A DNA stretch of 64,000 nt. Origin: Octopus sinensis. Taxonomy: Eukaryota. The notes under the pieces are model-generated. The model was given only the letters and a program-made list of their open reading frames with translations. It ran no database searches and was not told the origin of the DNA. The translations under genes were made by a program, and so were the position numbers. The stretch spans positions 201,004,001-201,068,000 of the forward strand of contig NC_042998.1 of assembly GCF_006345805.1 (NCBI RefSeq), written 5' to 3'. Each line of letters begins with the position of its first letter. Within the stretch, counting starts at the first letter, position 1. This document shows positions 11,487 through 25,932 of the stretch, one piece after another.

Positions 11487-11792
11487 AAGAAAGAAAGACA
11501 GTAACTATTTATTCTTGTACGTATGTATTTCTGTGTGCATGTGTATGTGTCTATGTGTGAGAGGATATGGTTCCATGAATTATGCTTGTCATCAACGTTA
11601 ATCACTTTTAAACAGAGGACAATCAAAAAGAATACAGACTTTTCAAGTATGAAACTGATTTACAAAAGTGTTTTAAACACACTTCACCTCCACCAAATAT
11701 AATAATATTAGAATGGAACCATAGGAAGGAACATGAACTGCAAGAAATTATCAACAAATTCTTATAAGATCCCCTGACGTTGTAAGGTACGA

Positions 11793-11844
<52 letters not shown>

Positions 11845-12159
11845 TAGTATAATGCACTCCTGGATATTTATAATTTGTATACAGATTGATTAATCAGAGC
11901 GTGGACGTCGTTTTCTTTCTTTCAGCCAACGTTTTACTGGGGTTAAAGAACCACAGCAATAAAAACATCAATAGTTAGAAAAACAAATTGTTGAAAGTAT
12001 TTACTTAAGAAATAATACATCTTATTCCTTCACTAGTTTCAGGATTTCTTGTTTTGTCTTGGTGGAAGACAATATAATTGAAATGCTGGTAGCATACATG
12101 GAATTAGACACTCCATTTTTTACCAATTTTTAGCATAATCATCACAACACAATTGGAAG

Positions 12160-12410
12160 AGCATGGCTTGGTGCCTAAGTTGTTGGACACTTGATTCTAA
12201 GATCTGGTTTCGATTCCTGGATCGGGCAATGTGTTGTGGCCTTTAGCAAAGCAATCCATTTTACGTTGCTCCCGTCCTATCAGCTGGCAAAAATGAGTAA
12301 TTCTGCAACGGACCGGTGTTCCGTCCAGGTGAGGAATAGACACGCCCTGCAAACCGGGAAGCCCGTCTTGTCCGGCTATATGACTCGTAAAAGACCATTA
12401 CGTTTTTCGT
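12160..12410 (+). mobile_element. Diverged SINE (family D-like head)
   Basis: gcatggcttggtgcctaag...ggtttcgattcctgg...gtgttgtggcctttagcaaagc...cagctggcaaaaatgagt. Confidence 0.5.
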
Positions 12411-13323
12411 ATCACAACACATAATAGTGTACGGTCTGCCTCGTGCTGTATATTGCTGATGTGGCTGTCGTATTTGTTGCTACAAGTGTTTTTCTTCTTC
12501 TTATGGTTAGTGGTGATTTTATATAGCTAAGATCAGATACATTTCAACTGTGAACCTCTACTGAGTGTTGCGTATCGGAGAATGCATTAAATCAGATTAC
12601 CCGCGTTTTCAAGGTATTAATTTTTTGATTTTGAGAAAATTAACGTTTTCTTGTCTTCTCTTTGAAGATGCCTAACAAGAAATCAAAATTTATACCCGTC
12701 TATTCTGTATTATTCCAGCATTCTTGAAATATGATGTTTCTCACATAATAATCTTTCTGCATCTAATAACAACAGCAGAAACTGTTTTAGAAATTACAAA
12801 ATTAAATAAATAAATAAGTAAATAAAATATTTTTAAAATCACAAACAGCAATTAGGTAACTGACGTTTTATGACAAGGGAAGAAATCAACTGAAGTTTTA
12901 TGACAATGAATAAATCTCTGACAAGCACAGCATAAAAAGTTTTAAATTAGAGTTATACAACAGCAATAATTAGGAAACCGTTATTTTATGACAAAGCAAG
13001 AAATCAACAAACATTTCATAACACTGTTTTGTTTTAGAAAAGGTTTCAACAAGGAAATGATCTTTTTCTTTACACTCCAAAACATCTATGTGCATCAATT
13101 TATACATTCATACACGAAACATTCTTCGAATTTTCGGAGGAGGATGACTATGACATTGCTTATTGAAATTCCGTGGAATATGGAGATAGGGCAGTCAAAT
13201 GGTACTGGATTGTTCCAATCCAGTCTTTTGTTGTGCCTTTAGGCTCCTGGTTTAAAGCCGTACGGATATCCTGGTAAGATGTTGAGATGTCTAAAGACCA
13301 TATGATTTACCTTTAACATCTTA

Positions 13324-13720
13324 TTGTTGCAACGAATTTTGTTATGTGGTTCGATATCCATTGTAGTCATGAAACAATGTTATCAAAGATGTGCTCCACT
13401 AAGAAGTAAATATGTGGGTGGTAGCAGTGGTCTTTTGGACAAACTGGATAGACTAATATACGGCAACTCTAGACACTTGAAAAAAAGATTGATCGGATCA
13501 AATGATTGGAGATATTTTTTCCAGTGGATGAAGAACATGTAAAATCTGTCCCGGATGTGATCAAGTTGTCATACAACACAAAATATAGGTGTCCGTCGAG
13601 GACAGAATGCCGTCGCGATGTTTGTGTAGTGACAAAAATAAGATAATCTCTGGGCTTTGAAGCAACAGCAAATGTGAGACGATAGACCACCTCTTCTGCA
13701 AAAACCATCATCACGACATC
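13324..13720 (+). pseudogene. Possible decayed L1/Tx1-clade non-LTR remnant
   Basis: CAPLRSKYVGGSSGLLDKLD...DWRYF resembles the P-x-GGLG-x-D post-RT motif; CETIDHLFC at ~13672-13700 resembles zf-RVT. Confidence 0.35.
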
Positions 13721-16469
13721 AACACCAATAGCAAAAACAGCACCAAACTCAGTAGCGGTATGCGGCCAGAACACCAGGCATAGCATGAATGAGAGCATGT
13801 ATAAGAACATCTGCCGTAAAAGCAGTAGTAACAGCAACAGCATAAATATCAGCAATATTAGCTGCAGCAACAGCTGCATAACTGGAAGTGGCAACAACAA
13901 CCACACCAGTGGATGCAACAAAAAACGACAAATTAAACTGCCATTACTTTCGATCACAACGCAGACAACCCTCCTCTAAGTCTCACCGGTATAGAAGTGC
14001 ATCCCTGCTTCAGTGAAAGAACGCGCTCTACTGCTCAGGAGCTCAGTGTATGGTTAAGAACCGCACAGTGGAGGACTGAACATTATGAAGCTGAAGATGT
14101 GCAGACAGGCGCTGAGGCTAATATATTTTTCCTTGGGGGTGAGCAAGTGTAGGGATTATTTGTTAGACTCGTCTTTATGCAGCTTGTCTCTCTTTTAGTC
14201 CTGAATCAAATGTAGACTGAGAAAGAGCGCCTGGCTCTTAGAATGGTGTTAGTTGTTCATAGTCAAATGCCTGTCGGAAATCGCGGTCGGTAGAATTTCT
14301 ACCTTAGCGTGCTATAAAGAGTTAATGATAAGCGAAATGCAACGATATTCTCAGGGAAATGTTGGAAGTTCGATGAAAAGCAACAGGCTAGTCGTAGTGG
14401 ACCAATCTAGACGTGCCTAGTGGACCAAACTGGAATTTGTGAAGAATATGCCCTTCTGTTTCACCAGTCTCTAAGATATTTTTTCAAGTTTCACCTGAAA
14501 TACAAAGTGAAGCTGGAGATATAAGTTGCTTACAAACAAATATCTTGAAACATGGATAAGAGTAGTAGGGATGGCTCCTAGTGAATAGGCCCTCTATGTG
14601 TAAGCAACTGTAGATCGAGAGAAGATGGAAAGGGGGAACTAGCCGTAGTGGTCGGAGAGACCATGATTTTGGAGGGCATTTTGAAATTTTATTTTTCTTG
14701 ATATTGCTAGTTTAAGTTTACTCACTCTTATGTAATTCCCGCAGTGTATTCTATCACACTCCATCTCATCTCCCTCTATAGTTTGTAAACACTGTGTGGA
14801 TAATAAAGAAAATAACATCATCATCATCTTAAATAGACTTTGGACAAGTAGAATCGATGGAGCATCAGACAAAATGTCTTTCAGTATTTCTTCCGACTAT
14901 TTACACTAGTTTCACATCGTACCTTTCATCTCTCTGGGGGTCAATAAAACAGTGCAACTAAAGTACTAAGATGAATGTAATAAACTAACCCGCTCACTTC
15001 GAAATTATTGACCTTCGTCTAAACCGGGAAAAATAATAGTTATTTTTATTGTTCATTGAGTGGTGAAAGTTAAGACTTTTAGAACAACAGATTGGATACC
15101 CAGAGGTACATAACTGTGTACATTTTGTTTATCCAGTGGGATAGATGAAATAAGCTCCTTGCATGGAGAGCGATGGATTTAATTTATTGCAACATACCAT
15201 GGACTGAATGGTTTCTTTTGAAAGTTAGAAATCAATATTATCATTATTTTATCATCTTGATACTTTAGTAACTACGAAGTATATTAGCAAAACTTGTAGA
15301 GCTTCGCATAAAAAAATATTTGCAGTATTTAGTTATGGTCTGTCGTGTTCCATGTTCAAGCCTGCAGCGAACTGTTTTACCTTTCATTATTTCGAGGTCG
15401 ATAAAGTGTATTCCAATTCGTGTACTATTAATCAATATACTCGACGCTATCTAACAGTAATTTTCAGTTATTGTGTCTGTTATAAATCAATATAAACTAT
15501 GGTAGCTGTAGTGATGTTTATACATCTGTAGAACTGAGAACGGGAAATCCGTGGTGTTTTTATTTTATTTTCTCTTTGTTCTAAGTTCAAATGCCACTTG
15601 GCTTCATTTATCTTTCATCTTTATCAAAGACAGTAAAAGAAATGACCAGTATCATTCAATACTGATTTATTATTGTTGTGTAGCTTCAGCTCTGACTTTA
15701 TCAAAATGCTATTCCAAAAGTGACCTTTCTCTTCTTCATGTCCAGACAAATTCTGTCTAAGGTAATCTCTCGCATTGAATGTGATAGTGTCTGATTGCAG
15801 AGAAGGGTATTTGGTAACACTTACGATATTGAGTTAGGGGATGTTTGAACGCCATTTTATATCTCTAGATCACTGTTCTAGTTTGATGCGGCATAGTCAT
15901 AGTTTTTATTGTGAGTAGAGTAATTATGAGCTGTGTGATTATCAAAACACAGTATTGCCGTGGAAGATGTTTCAGTAAAGAGTAGACTGATTGGCGTACA
16001 TTCAAGAGAATGAGTGGGAATGCATAAGCTTCAGGTGAGTTTGGCCATTTGTCACATATCTGATAATTTACTGGAGCCTTACAGTAGAAATTACAAAGTC
16101 ACAAATAAATATTGCAATCATCATTTTTGCTGGTGGATGTCAGATTTTGGATAGATTCAATCAAATTCTTGCATAAAGCGGAAGCATACAATAATATTAA
16201 TTATCCTCTTATTTGGTCAACATTCTGACATATGATCAATTTTTAAACTATTTAGATTCTGGAATTCACTCAGAAGGCTTTAGTCTTTTACTTCAAACTA
16301 GGTATACTTCATTAATTATAATTTTACTAAAAAATTATTAGTAATATTGATTTTTAAATTAGGCTGGAACACGCATTTTGAGGGTAAACGATAGTTGATA
16401 AAATCAGCTTCAGCATAGGACAAGTGCATAACTTATCTACCGCAGAATATATATATATATATACATATA

Positions 16470-16877
16470 GGCGCAGGAGTGGCTGTGTGGTAAGTAGCTT
16501 GTTTACCAACCACATGGTTCAGGGTTCAGTCCCACTGCGTGGCACATTGGGCAAGTGTCTTTTACTATAGCCTCGGGCCGACCAAAGCCTTGTGAGTGGA
16601 TTTGGTAGACGGAAACAGAAAGAAGCCCGTCGTATATATGTATATATATGTATGGGTGTGTGTGTTTGTGTATCTGTGTCTGTCCCCCTAGCATTGCTTG
16701 ACAACCGATGCTGGTGTGTTTATGTCCCCGTTACTTAGCGGTTCGGCAAAAGGGACCGATAGAATAAGTACTGGGCTTACAAAAGAATAAGTCCCGGGGT
16801 CGAGTTGCTCGATTAAAGGCGGTGCTCCAGCATGGCCGCAGTCAAATGACTGAAACAAGTAAAAAAGAGTAAAATAG
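16470..16877 (+). mobile_element. tRNA-derived SINE family A, near full length
   Basis: ggcgcaggagtggctgtgtggtaagtagcttg...gggttcagtccc...central (TA)/(TG) tract...ggcggtgctccagcatggccgcagtcaaatgactgaaacaagtaaaa. Confidence 0.9.
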
Positions 16878-17401
16878 TATATAAAATGTTGACCACAATA
16901 GAATGTGAATACGGGACCTAAACAGTCACAACGTGAATGCAGTACAGTATTTATTTACAGACATTTCCGTTTTGATTTCGTCCCTGTCTTTCGCTGCCTG
17001 TTATAAGGACTCTATTGGCAGTACCGTTCGAAACTATTCTGCGGAAATATATATGTGTGAGTGCGTGTGTGTGTGTGTGTGTATATTTCGATATGCTCGG
17101 TCAAATATTTACCTTTCAAAACAAAACACGCACATTTTCATAATTTTACTAAATCTTTAAAGGGTAATTAATTCCTTAGGCCCAGTAAATTCAAATTATG
17201 ACATGTTCCCTATTAGAACGGGTTTGAGCCCAAAATCAATTTGGCAAAATGAAATGATCATAATCTGAACAAAATCGACAAGCAGAATACTACGGGAATT
17301 AATATTCTGTAAACACAATGCAAATATTCAGCAGCAGTGGGGCAAATGATTAACGCCTGCTCCATGCCTAAGGAAGCTTTACCCGCTTATATTTTACGGT
17401 G

Positions 17402-17975
17402 AACTGGCAGAAACGTTAGCACGCCGGGCGAAATGCTTAGCGCTATTTCGTCTGCTGTTACGTTCTGAGTTCAAATTCCGCCGAGGTCGACTTTGCCTTT
17501 CATCCTTTCGGGGTGGATAAATTAAGTACCAGTTACGCACTGGGGTCGATGTAATCGACTTAATACCTATGTCTGTCCTTGTTTGTCCGCTCTGTGTTTA
17601 GCCCCTTGTGGGTAATAAAGAAATAGGTATTTAGTCTGTCTTTATGTTCTGAGTTGAAATTCTGCCGAGGTCGACTTTGCCTTTGATCCTTTCGGGGTCG
17701 ATTAAATAAGTACCAGTTACGCACTGGCTCGATATAATCAACTTAATCCGTTTGTCTATCCTTGTTTGTCCTCTCTGTGTTTAGCCCCTTGTGGATAGTA
17801 AAGAAATAGGTATTTCGTCTGTCTTTACGTTCTGAGTTCAAATTCCACCGTGGTCGACTTTGCTTTTCATCCTTTCGGGGTCGATAAATTAAGTACCACT
17901 TGCGTACTGGGGGCCGATCTAATCGACTAGCTCCCTCCCCCAAATTTTCAGCTCTTGTGCCTAGAGTAGAAAAGA
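17402..17975 (+). mobile_element. SINE family B with three ~184-bp internal tandem units
   Basis: gtcgactttgc recurs at ~17486, ~17671 and ~17853. Confidence 0.85.
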
Positions 17976-18820
17976 TTTTACTTGTTTCAGACTGCGACCA
18001 AGGCGAGACCCCTACTCGAAAGGCTTTAGTCGAATGCGTCGTCACTAGTGCCTATTTTTAAGCCTGAGACTTATTCAGTCGGTCACTTTTGCCGGACTGC
18101 TAAGTACGGGAACTTGAAGACTCTAAAGCCGATTGTCAAGCAGTGGTGAGGGACAAATACAAACACAAAGATTCACAAAAAGATACAGACACACTCACCC
18201 ACGCAAATACACACATAAACGCAGCCGACAAAGAATTTGGACCTGGAGATCTCCATTTCCAGCGACCTCGGGGGCCACCTCCCAGTGGTGTCGTACGTCA
18301 ACGAATAGCCCTTGACAACAACAAGACGACCAAGGTTTTTTTTTCCAAGATCTAGGGTCTCCCGCCCCTAAGCCCTAGACCATCACCTAATCACCCTTAC
18401 CCGTCTTGTTGCTTAACAACAACAATAACACACACACACATATATGCTACTGGCTTCTTTCAGATTCCGTTTATCATATTTACTCACACAGATTTGGTCA
18501 GCCCGATATTGTAGTAGAAGACACTCGATCAAGGTGCCTTGTGGCTGGACTGAACACGAAGCCATGTGCTTAGGAAGCAAGTTTCTCAATACACAGTCTC
18601 GCTTGCATAAATAAGAATTAAAATACTCAGTTCAGCTAGCAGTGCAAGGTGTGTTCGGCAATTTCCAAACTGCTTCTAATATAAGCATTCGCTGTTTCGA
18701 ACTGCACCAAAGCCTGCATATCCATGCCACTCCAAATTTTAATATCCCGTTCTAAGACGGTAAATCTCTTGTACTGAAATCTTGCTAAATATAGAATGGT
18801 ACATACATTTTACCATATTA

Positions 18821-19193
18821 TTCATTTACTCTTTTACTTGTTTCAATCAATTGACAGTGACCATGCTGGAGCAGCGCTTTATTCGAAAAAATATCGAAAT
18901 TTTCTATGTAAGGCTGCTACTTTTTCTATCAACCCCTTTTGCCGAACCGCTATGTTACGGGGACGTAAATACGCCAACATCGGTGTCAAGCGATGGCGGG
19001 GAGACAAGAGCAGACGCACACAAATACACACACCAACATCGGTTGTCTAGCGATGGTGTATGTGGGACGGGACAAACATACTATAGCTCGAGGTTATAGT
19101 AGAATACTCTTGCCAAAGGTGCCTCGCAGCAGGACTGAGTCCAGAGCTATGTCATTGGGGAGCAAGCTTCTTACTACACAGCCACACCTGCGC

Positions 19194-19194
<1 letters not shown>
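18821..19194 (-). mobile_element. SINE family A
   Basis: Reverse complement of the 16470 copy. Confidence 0.8.
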
Positions 19195-19252
<58 letters not shown>

Positions 19253-19365
19253 TCCAAAATAGAAATATTTAAAATTATAAATATATTTTGTACACGCACA
19301 CAAAACACAGCTTGTTTGTGCGTATGCCCGTGTATGTATAAATACATATACACGAATACGTATGC

Positions 19366-19449
<84 letters not shown>

Positions 19450-20392
19450 CATACACACATAAAATCTCTTCCAGTGAGAAATTGGAGAATAACAGTGACT
19501 TCGAACTTTCAACTTGCTCGCTCATATCACTTTAATGAAGGCAACAAAGCGTAGACTTCGAAGACAGTACGAATCTTTTCCTTTTATATGTAATATTTAT
19601 TTCAGTAAAAGTAGTGAGTGATGCCTCAGATATTCTTTGAATACCGACTTCTCCCACACCTTTTGCCGTTTGAATTAAGCGCTCATAATAGTTTATCTTT
19701 TGATACCCTCTCGGAAGTGTGAAATGAAATTATAAAATTACCCCAAAACTGTAGGCCTAAAGCGAATGCGTAGCTGTAAACTTAGATATGGATGAAGTTC
19801 ACAGAAAACATAACACATGTGGCATATAAGCTGGTATTTCAATTGATGCCCTCTTCCGCCTGAAATTTTTACTTTTTACAGCAAAGAAATTTGGCCTACG
19901 CTTTAAAAATTCACCACTTGTAAAATTATAGATTAAATATATATTTCGAAATTTATCTAAATAATCTCAATAACTTCATGGGTTTCTTTATTTCCTTGCA
20001 TTACTGATATTTTGTCTTTCTACATAACAAAGAAAACAATAATTAAGTAATTAATTCTAAATTATAAGATTCATATAAAATTCTATTAACCTCCGAATTA
20101 TATTAAACTAAATTATCTCGCAAATAACTCGATAAGTTCGAAGTTTAGAGTCATATTTGATTTAATATAACATTACACTAATTGAATACATAATGGTCTC
20201 GTAGATTATATCGTAAAATAACACTGTATTTTATAAATCTGGACTCGTATGTGCGTCAGGTAACAGGGTATCTAAGTACTACTATACTACACAATGGCAG
20301 TCATTGACTGGTTACCAAATAATAGGAATTTCGCATCGTTACTATTGTTTTATAATATTGTGCTGTTTTGTATATATTTAGTCTCAGCGTAA

Positions 20393-20790
20393 TCTTTATA
20401 TATAAAAGAGAGGTTGTGTGCTGTCTGTCTCCTACGATTTAGATTCCTAACTACTCCCACATTTTGCAGTGCAGTTTAACCAAAACCGGGTATCTTATAG
20501 TCGTGATTCATATCGAGCCCTTCTGGGTATTAGCGCGCGTCTACGATGAGTCTACGATTTAAAAAAATATTCACCATCAATTTTTTCCATTTTAATGCAT
20601 TTTTGGCATATATAAGGGAAGTAACTCTCTAAAAATTTATTATTAAATCTCAGAACGTAAAAAGCTACAGTAACACCCCCCCCCCTTTGTGGTTAGCCAT
20701 ATTGAGATGGCTATTATACTTTACATCTCTAAAAATGCTTATATAGTTATTTCCCTTACAAACCCGAGCAACGCCGGGCGATATTGCTAG
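20393..20790 (+). mobile_element. Non-autonomous Helitron, family H1
   Basis: A|TC 5' end; 3' hairpin cccgagcaacgccggg then CTAG|T; no TSD; 398 bp; near-identical to 34453-34850. Confidence 0.9.
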
Positions 20791-21614
20791 TTGACATATA
20801 AGTTTATCGAAGAAGAACTCATATTTCGTTTAATTTTATCTTAAATAACGATACAATCCTCTTCTTTTTTTTTTCTTTTGTTCTAGTCACTAGCCTGAAA
20901 TCTACTCCTGCCATGTACTCACTTGTGACGTAAGTGTCAAAAGCATGTGTAATAAAACAGTTGTAAAATAAAAAAACAAAATGTATGTGGGATCGAGAGG
21001 CGAGAGGCAGGAGATGAGTTATAAGTAGCAAGTGATAGCAGGTAAGTTGTAGGGCCCCTAGAGAAGTGGAAGTGTATTAAGGATGCTAATGATGTAGATT
21101 TGTCAATAAAGATAAATAAATACATGCAGCAAAATATAGATTTATATAGAAATATATACACAAATATCCTGCGCATGTTTACATACAAATGCATAACGAT
21201 GACACATGCCTACACACATACACCCACACACAGATACAAACACGCTCACACACGCATATGCACACACACACACACACACACACACAATACATGCAGGCTG
21301 TCGCAAAGATGGCTTACTGCATTTATTATCTTTGTATACCGAATTTAAACCCTGCCGAAATAACATTATATTTCATTCGTCTGTGGTCGATATAATAACG
21401 TCTCAGTCAAGTACAGTGTTCATAGTATCGATTCTGAAACTCCTGACTTTGCACCTCAATAAGGAACCATTATCTATGTTTCAAAATTAGAAAATTAGTG
21501 GATGCCCAAATTGGTAAAAAGCGAAGTATGTGGAAGCTGATAAGTACATTACTATGAAAAGTAAAATAAAAGTTGCAGAAACCAATGAAATTTAAAAAAA
21601 AATATAGATATATA

Positions 21615-21681
21615 GATAGTATAGTGGTAAGTATCCCCGCCTGTCACGCGGGAGACCGGGATTCGATTCCCCGCCGGGGAG
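21615..21681 (+). tRNA. tRNA-Asp(GUC) pseudogene
   Basis: gatagtatagtggtaagtatccccgcctGTCacgcgggagaccgggattcgattccccgccggggag; 5' acceptor strand replaced by TA-rich sequence; G53A in the T-stem/B-box; T5 tract at 21689-21693. Confidence 0.85.
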
Positions 21682-21696
21682 GCCATTATTTTTATA

Positions 21697-22080
21697 GGCG
21701 CAGGAGTTGTAAGTAGCTTGCTAACCAACCACATGGTTCTGGGTTCAGTCCCACAGCGTGGCATCTTGGGCAAGTGCCTTCAGCTATAGCCCCGGGCCGA
21801 CCAATGCCTTGTGAGTGGATTTAGTACACGGAAACTGAAAGATGCCTGTCTTATATATGTATATATATAAGTGTGTGTGTATATATTTGTGTGTCTATGT
21901 TTGACAACCGATGCTGGTGTGTTTACGTCCCCGTCACTTAGCGGTGCGGCAAAAGAGACTGATAGAATAAGTACTGGGCTTACAAAGAATAAGTCCCGAG
22001 GTCGATTTGCTCGACTAAAATGCGGTGCTCCAGCATGGCCGCAGTCAAATGAAACCAGTAAAAGAGTAAAAGAGTAAGAG
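21697..22080 (+). mobile_element. SINE family A with a short deletion in the head
   Basis: Homologous to 16470-16877; lacks about 10 nt in the ggctgtgtgg region. Confidence 0.85.
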
Positions 22081-23599
22081 TATACTCAAGGTTTATAACT
22101 TAAAATATTATTTTGCCGAACGCATTCATTTCGAGTAAGTGTATATTTCAAAATTCACCATCATACTATACGTTAACCAAATATTTATTAACCGGGTACC
22201 AATTAAAACAAATTTGAATTGAATTAAGTATATAAACACTCGTGGGACGAGAGATGTCGAACATGTGGTGTATACATAGAGTTGAATTTTCTACGAAATT
22301 AGGAGCCATATGTTTTCAGTTTAAACATATATTTCTGTAATATATTTTTATCTCAAAAGATATATTGCTCGAGGTGATATTAATTTACTTAGTATGCATA
22401 ATTTTGCATTAATTATGTTTTAATCTTCAGTGAAAAATTTTTTGAAAACTTAATAGCCGCTACTTTGACAATAAATTAATTCATATTCAGAAGATTTTGT
22501 ATATATATATAGGTTTGAGTTTGACTTAATCCGAATTTCTTGATACACATTAACTCTGCACATTTAAGGCTAAGGAGAATAATTTCGAATTATATAGTGA
22601 TTTCAACTCAATGTCAACGCTTCGTACTTTTCATTTTTTTTCTGAAGACTGTCCACATACTTAGCTTATTTGTTTTTAATTAGTAGAGGTGAGGGGCAGA
22701 GTTAAGGCACCCGGATATTAAAAACAACAGTTATCAAAACGTTACATGCGTCCTTGTTTATAGATAATTATATTTATATCTGTCTTTATATATTGCTGGA
22801 TTTATTTTTCAATTCATTTAGTATGAATAATATCATATTAACATGTAATAATCAAAATTTCGATTATATAATCGACACTTTTACTACAGTGATTTGCAGG
22901 ATACATGTTATTTTCTTTTTCACTAAGAGATATTAATGATATATAATAATTAGATGGGTTTTTAGATTACCTTAAATTGATGTTAACGTCCAGAGATGGC
23001 ATCTCATATTGACGACTCGCATTATTTAAGCAGCAAGTTCGCCACAAACACAGCCTCTAATTGCTATGAATGACGCTATCTTATTATGTAATTTAACCGT
23101 ATCTGCCGATCATCAGTGGCAGCCAACGTCGCACCGAATGGCAGTTGAGAAAATTAGTCGAACCGATACAGTATAAGAATGACCAAACAGCCAGTGATCT
23201 AGCGAAAAGCTACCAGGCTACCAATACATTGACTATAAGCAAAATTAGAAGTATTCGGAAGGAATTTCGATTGAATGAGTGGTTTAGATCACCTTAAACC
23301 GTTGTTAACGTCCACCGATGTCAACCGATGTTGACGACGCGTTATTTAAGCATTGAATTCTTTACAATCACTTCTAGTGTTGCTAATAACTAATTTTAAT
23401 AGTATATAGTTGTACTAGTAGATAAAATTCAAATTCTTTATGCATTCCGCTCTACTACAGCTAGCTTGTGTAGCACCTACACAAATAAAAATTTAATTCT
23501 TCTTTTGCGGGTGAATTTTCTGTATATATTTATATGGCAAGGTATAAATATTTATGCTATCCCTGACCCTGCTTCAGCTCAAATATTTCTGTGCCAATG

Positions 23600-23900
23600 T
23601 AAACATATTTTAATGTTAACAGCAACAATCTAACTGAAAGGGAGTTCGCTGGAAGTTACATAGAGATTATTGAAGCATATATGAAGGATTAAATGAAGAA
23701 ATTAATCAAAAACTGAAGGAGGAAACGGCAAAGAAAGAATTCAGAAACACTGAATTAGAGCCTTTCTGGATGGTTGAAAACTTTTAAAAGTTTTAAAATA
23801 TTTGATCTGTCTGAGCACAATTGTAAGGAAATCTTTCCAGCTGTGATTATCGATTTTCCTAAATAAAAGGCCACTATCCTTAGTGTATCCATAGCGTTTG
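23600..23900 (+). pseudogene. Possible hAT transposase C-terminal relic
   Basis: LEPFW...SSCDYRFS*IK loosely resembles the hAT dimerisation motif FW...STYxCExxFS...IK; many stops. Confidence 0.25.
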
Positions 23901-24111
23901 AAGCAGTTACCATACGAATATCAAAACCTCTTTGCTCTTTGCTTCAACCGCTGAATAGGTTCAAAACCAGTATATGCCTCAGTACGATTATACATAAAAG
24001 TAACTGCTACCCTGACACAAAGTCTCCTATGTCAACAGCACTGGTGTTGTTCACTGGAAAGGCGGAGTTGAGAAAACCGAATAATCAGTAGCTGAGAGAG
24101 AGACAGAGAAG

Positions 24112-24151
<40 letters not shown>

Positions 24152-24504
24152 GAAATATATTACAAAAAGAAAAGAAAAAATACACGTGGAAATGTAAGGG
24201 TAAAATATGAAAAATCAATGAAAATGCACATTGTAAATAAAAAAAAGGCTTTTTATGAAAGGTAACGACAAATATATACAATTAGTTGGACTGAGGTAGT
24301 AATAAGAGTCATAAAAGTCATTATTATGAGATGATTGTAAGATGATATATATATAATGATTTAACTTTTCCTCTCACACAGTCTACGATGAAGGTATATT
24401 ATTATTAATTAATATTCTAGAAACAGCTGTAAGACATTCTATCTACAAATGCTCTAATATCTATACAGCCTTGTTTTCTTTATCTCATTATATATATACA
24501 CACA

Positions 24505-24542
<38 letters not shown>

Positions 24543-25227
24543 GACAGACAGACAGAGACAGAGTGAGTGAAAGGGGGATGAAATGCTCATAAGACAAAAA
24601 CAATCAAAATATGTTGAAAGGAAATAGACTACAACATCAAGTGTGGGAATTCGTAAATGAAAATCCATTGTTTCTAAAAGAAAGCCATAATGAAAGTCGT
24701 ATAGAAATGAGAGTAAGGGAAGTGAGTATCAAATGGTTTACAGTTTGAGAAACTGAGGGGTTTTTCTAGGCTAGCTGAGAATCCAAAATTTGTTTAACAG
24801 AATCTTCTTGAGGATCCTTTTAAACCTAACCTCAATGATGTGAAGGAAATCATTGAAAAGAAGCTTGATGAAGACTTGAAAGAGAATTAATGCGTAAGAA
24901 GTGAATCTTCATTTAATTTCATAGGTAAATGCTGGTTGAAAAGGGAAGTGTAGAGTGATATGAAACGATTTGATGAAGATGTATCTGAGAGTTCTTATAA
25001 ACAAAGAAAGTCTTTCATCGTCGCTGTACTTTCTAAAACAACAAAAATATTTCATGAACAAATAGAAGTAATACTTGTTTCTAACTTAAGAGAAGAGACT
25101 TGAAATTTGTAGATGGGAATCCTCCAGTTGAATGACCTTTTATAAACACCGGAAGGATGGCATTAATAGGATTTATCTCAGAATATATAGAACAGAAACG
25201 AAGACTGCTATGTATTTTCTCTAACGT

Positions 25228-25630
25228 TCTAATAATAATAATAATAATGAAATTATTGTATACAGTGCTCAGGTGCACCACAACTTGTCAGAAAGTGCAT
25301 ATAAAGTACATGCAGTAATGTAAAAATGTCTGGAAAGCGAACAATGTATGAGTCAGATACATGCTTGCGTGTGTATGGAGGGGAGAAAGATCAGGTGTAG
25401 TGTTGGCGAATCTCAGGAAGCATGGAAGCCTTGAAGGATGCAGTGCTCGGACAACTAACAACTGATGCCGGCAGTTTGTTCCATGCTTCAGCAACTCTCA
25501 GCGTGAAAAAATGTTTTCTGAAGTCATGGGAGCTGTGCTGTTTTCTGACTTTGTAAATAGGTCCACGGGTGTTAGATGGGTGGAGTTTGAAAAGGTGCTC
25601 AGATTTATTGTTTGTACGATGGTTGATAAT
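25228..25630 (-). mobile_element. CR1/L2-group LINE, 3' end
   Basis: ORF 25391-25651: NTRGPIYKVRKQHSSHDFRKHFFTLRVAEAWNKLPASVV...ASFKA, then a 3' UTR ending in a short (ATT)n tail. Confidence 0.85.
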
Positions 25631-25932
25631 AACTAATGATTCTGAAAACACCCAGGCGTTTTGCTTATAAATTTTACCTCCAATATTCTAACAGACCATG
25701 TTTAGAATATTGCCAAAGAGCTTCACTACGTCTTTTTTCTCAAGACGTTTTTCATCTTAGAAATTCCTATTCTTATGAGAAATATTAATAAAATCAAACA
25801 ACTCACGTTATTTTAAACGAGTACGTTTAAACATAACAACTGGCAGATGTAAAGATAATACAGCAGTATATGTTTCTCTCCTCAGTGCAAATAAGCTTCT
25901 GCGGGATCTGAATCTTCAACAATGGGATGGAA

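Noticed and set aside
11620-11790. Possible PLE 3' end (cccctgacgt) next to the family C hairpin
   Set aside because: Too short and truncated by (TA)n; no second half of the core.
17402-17975. Regularly repeated units resembling a CRISPR array (also 32005-32993)
   Set aside because: The ~184-bp units are whole SINE-internal tandem repeats without unique spacers; eukaryotic context and no cas genes.
21552-21773. ORF containing MASPAGNRIPVSRVTGG
   Set aside because: It is the antisense translation of tRNA-Asp plus the SINE head.
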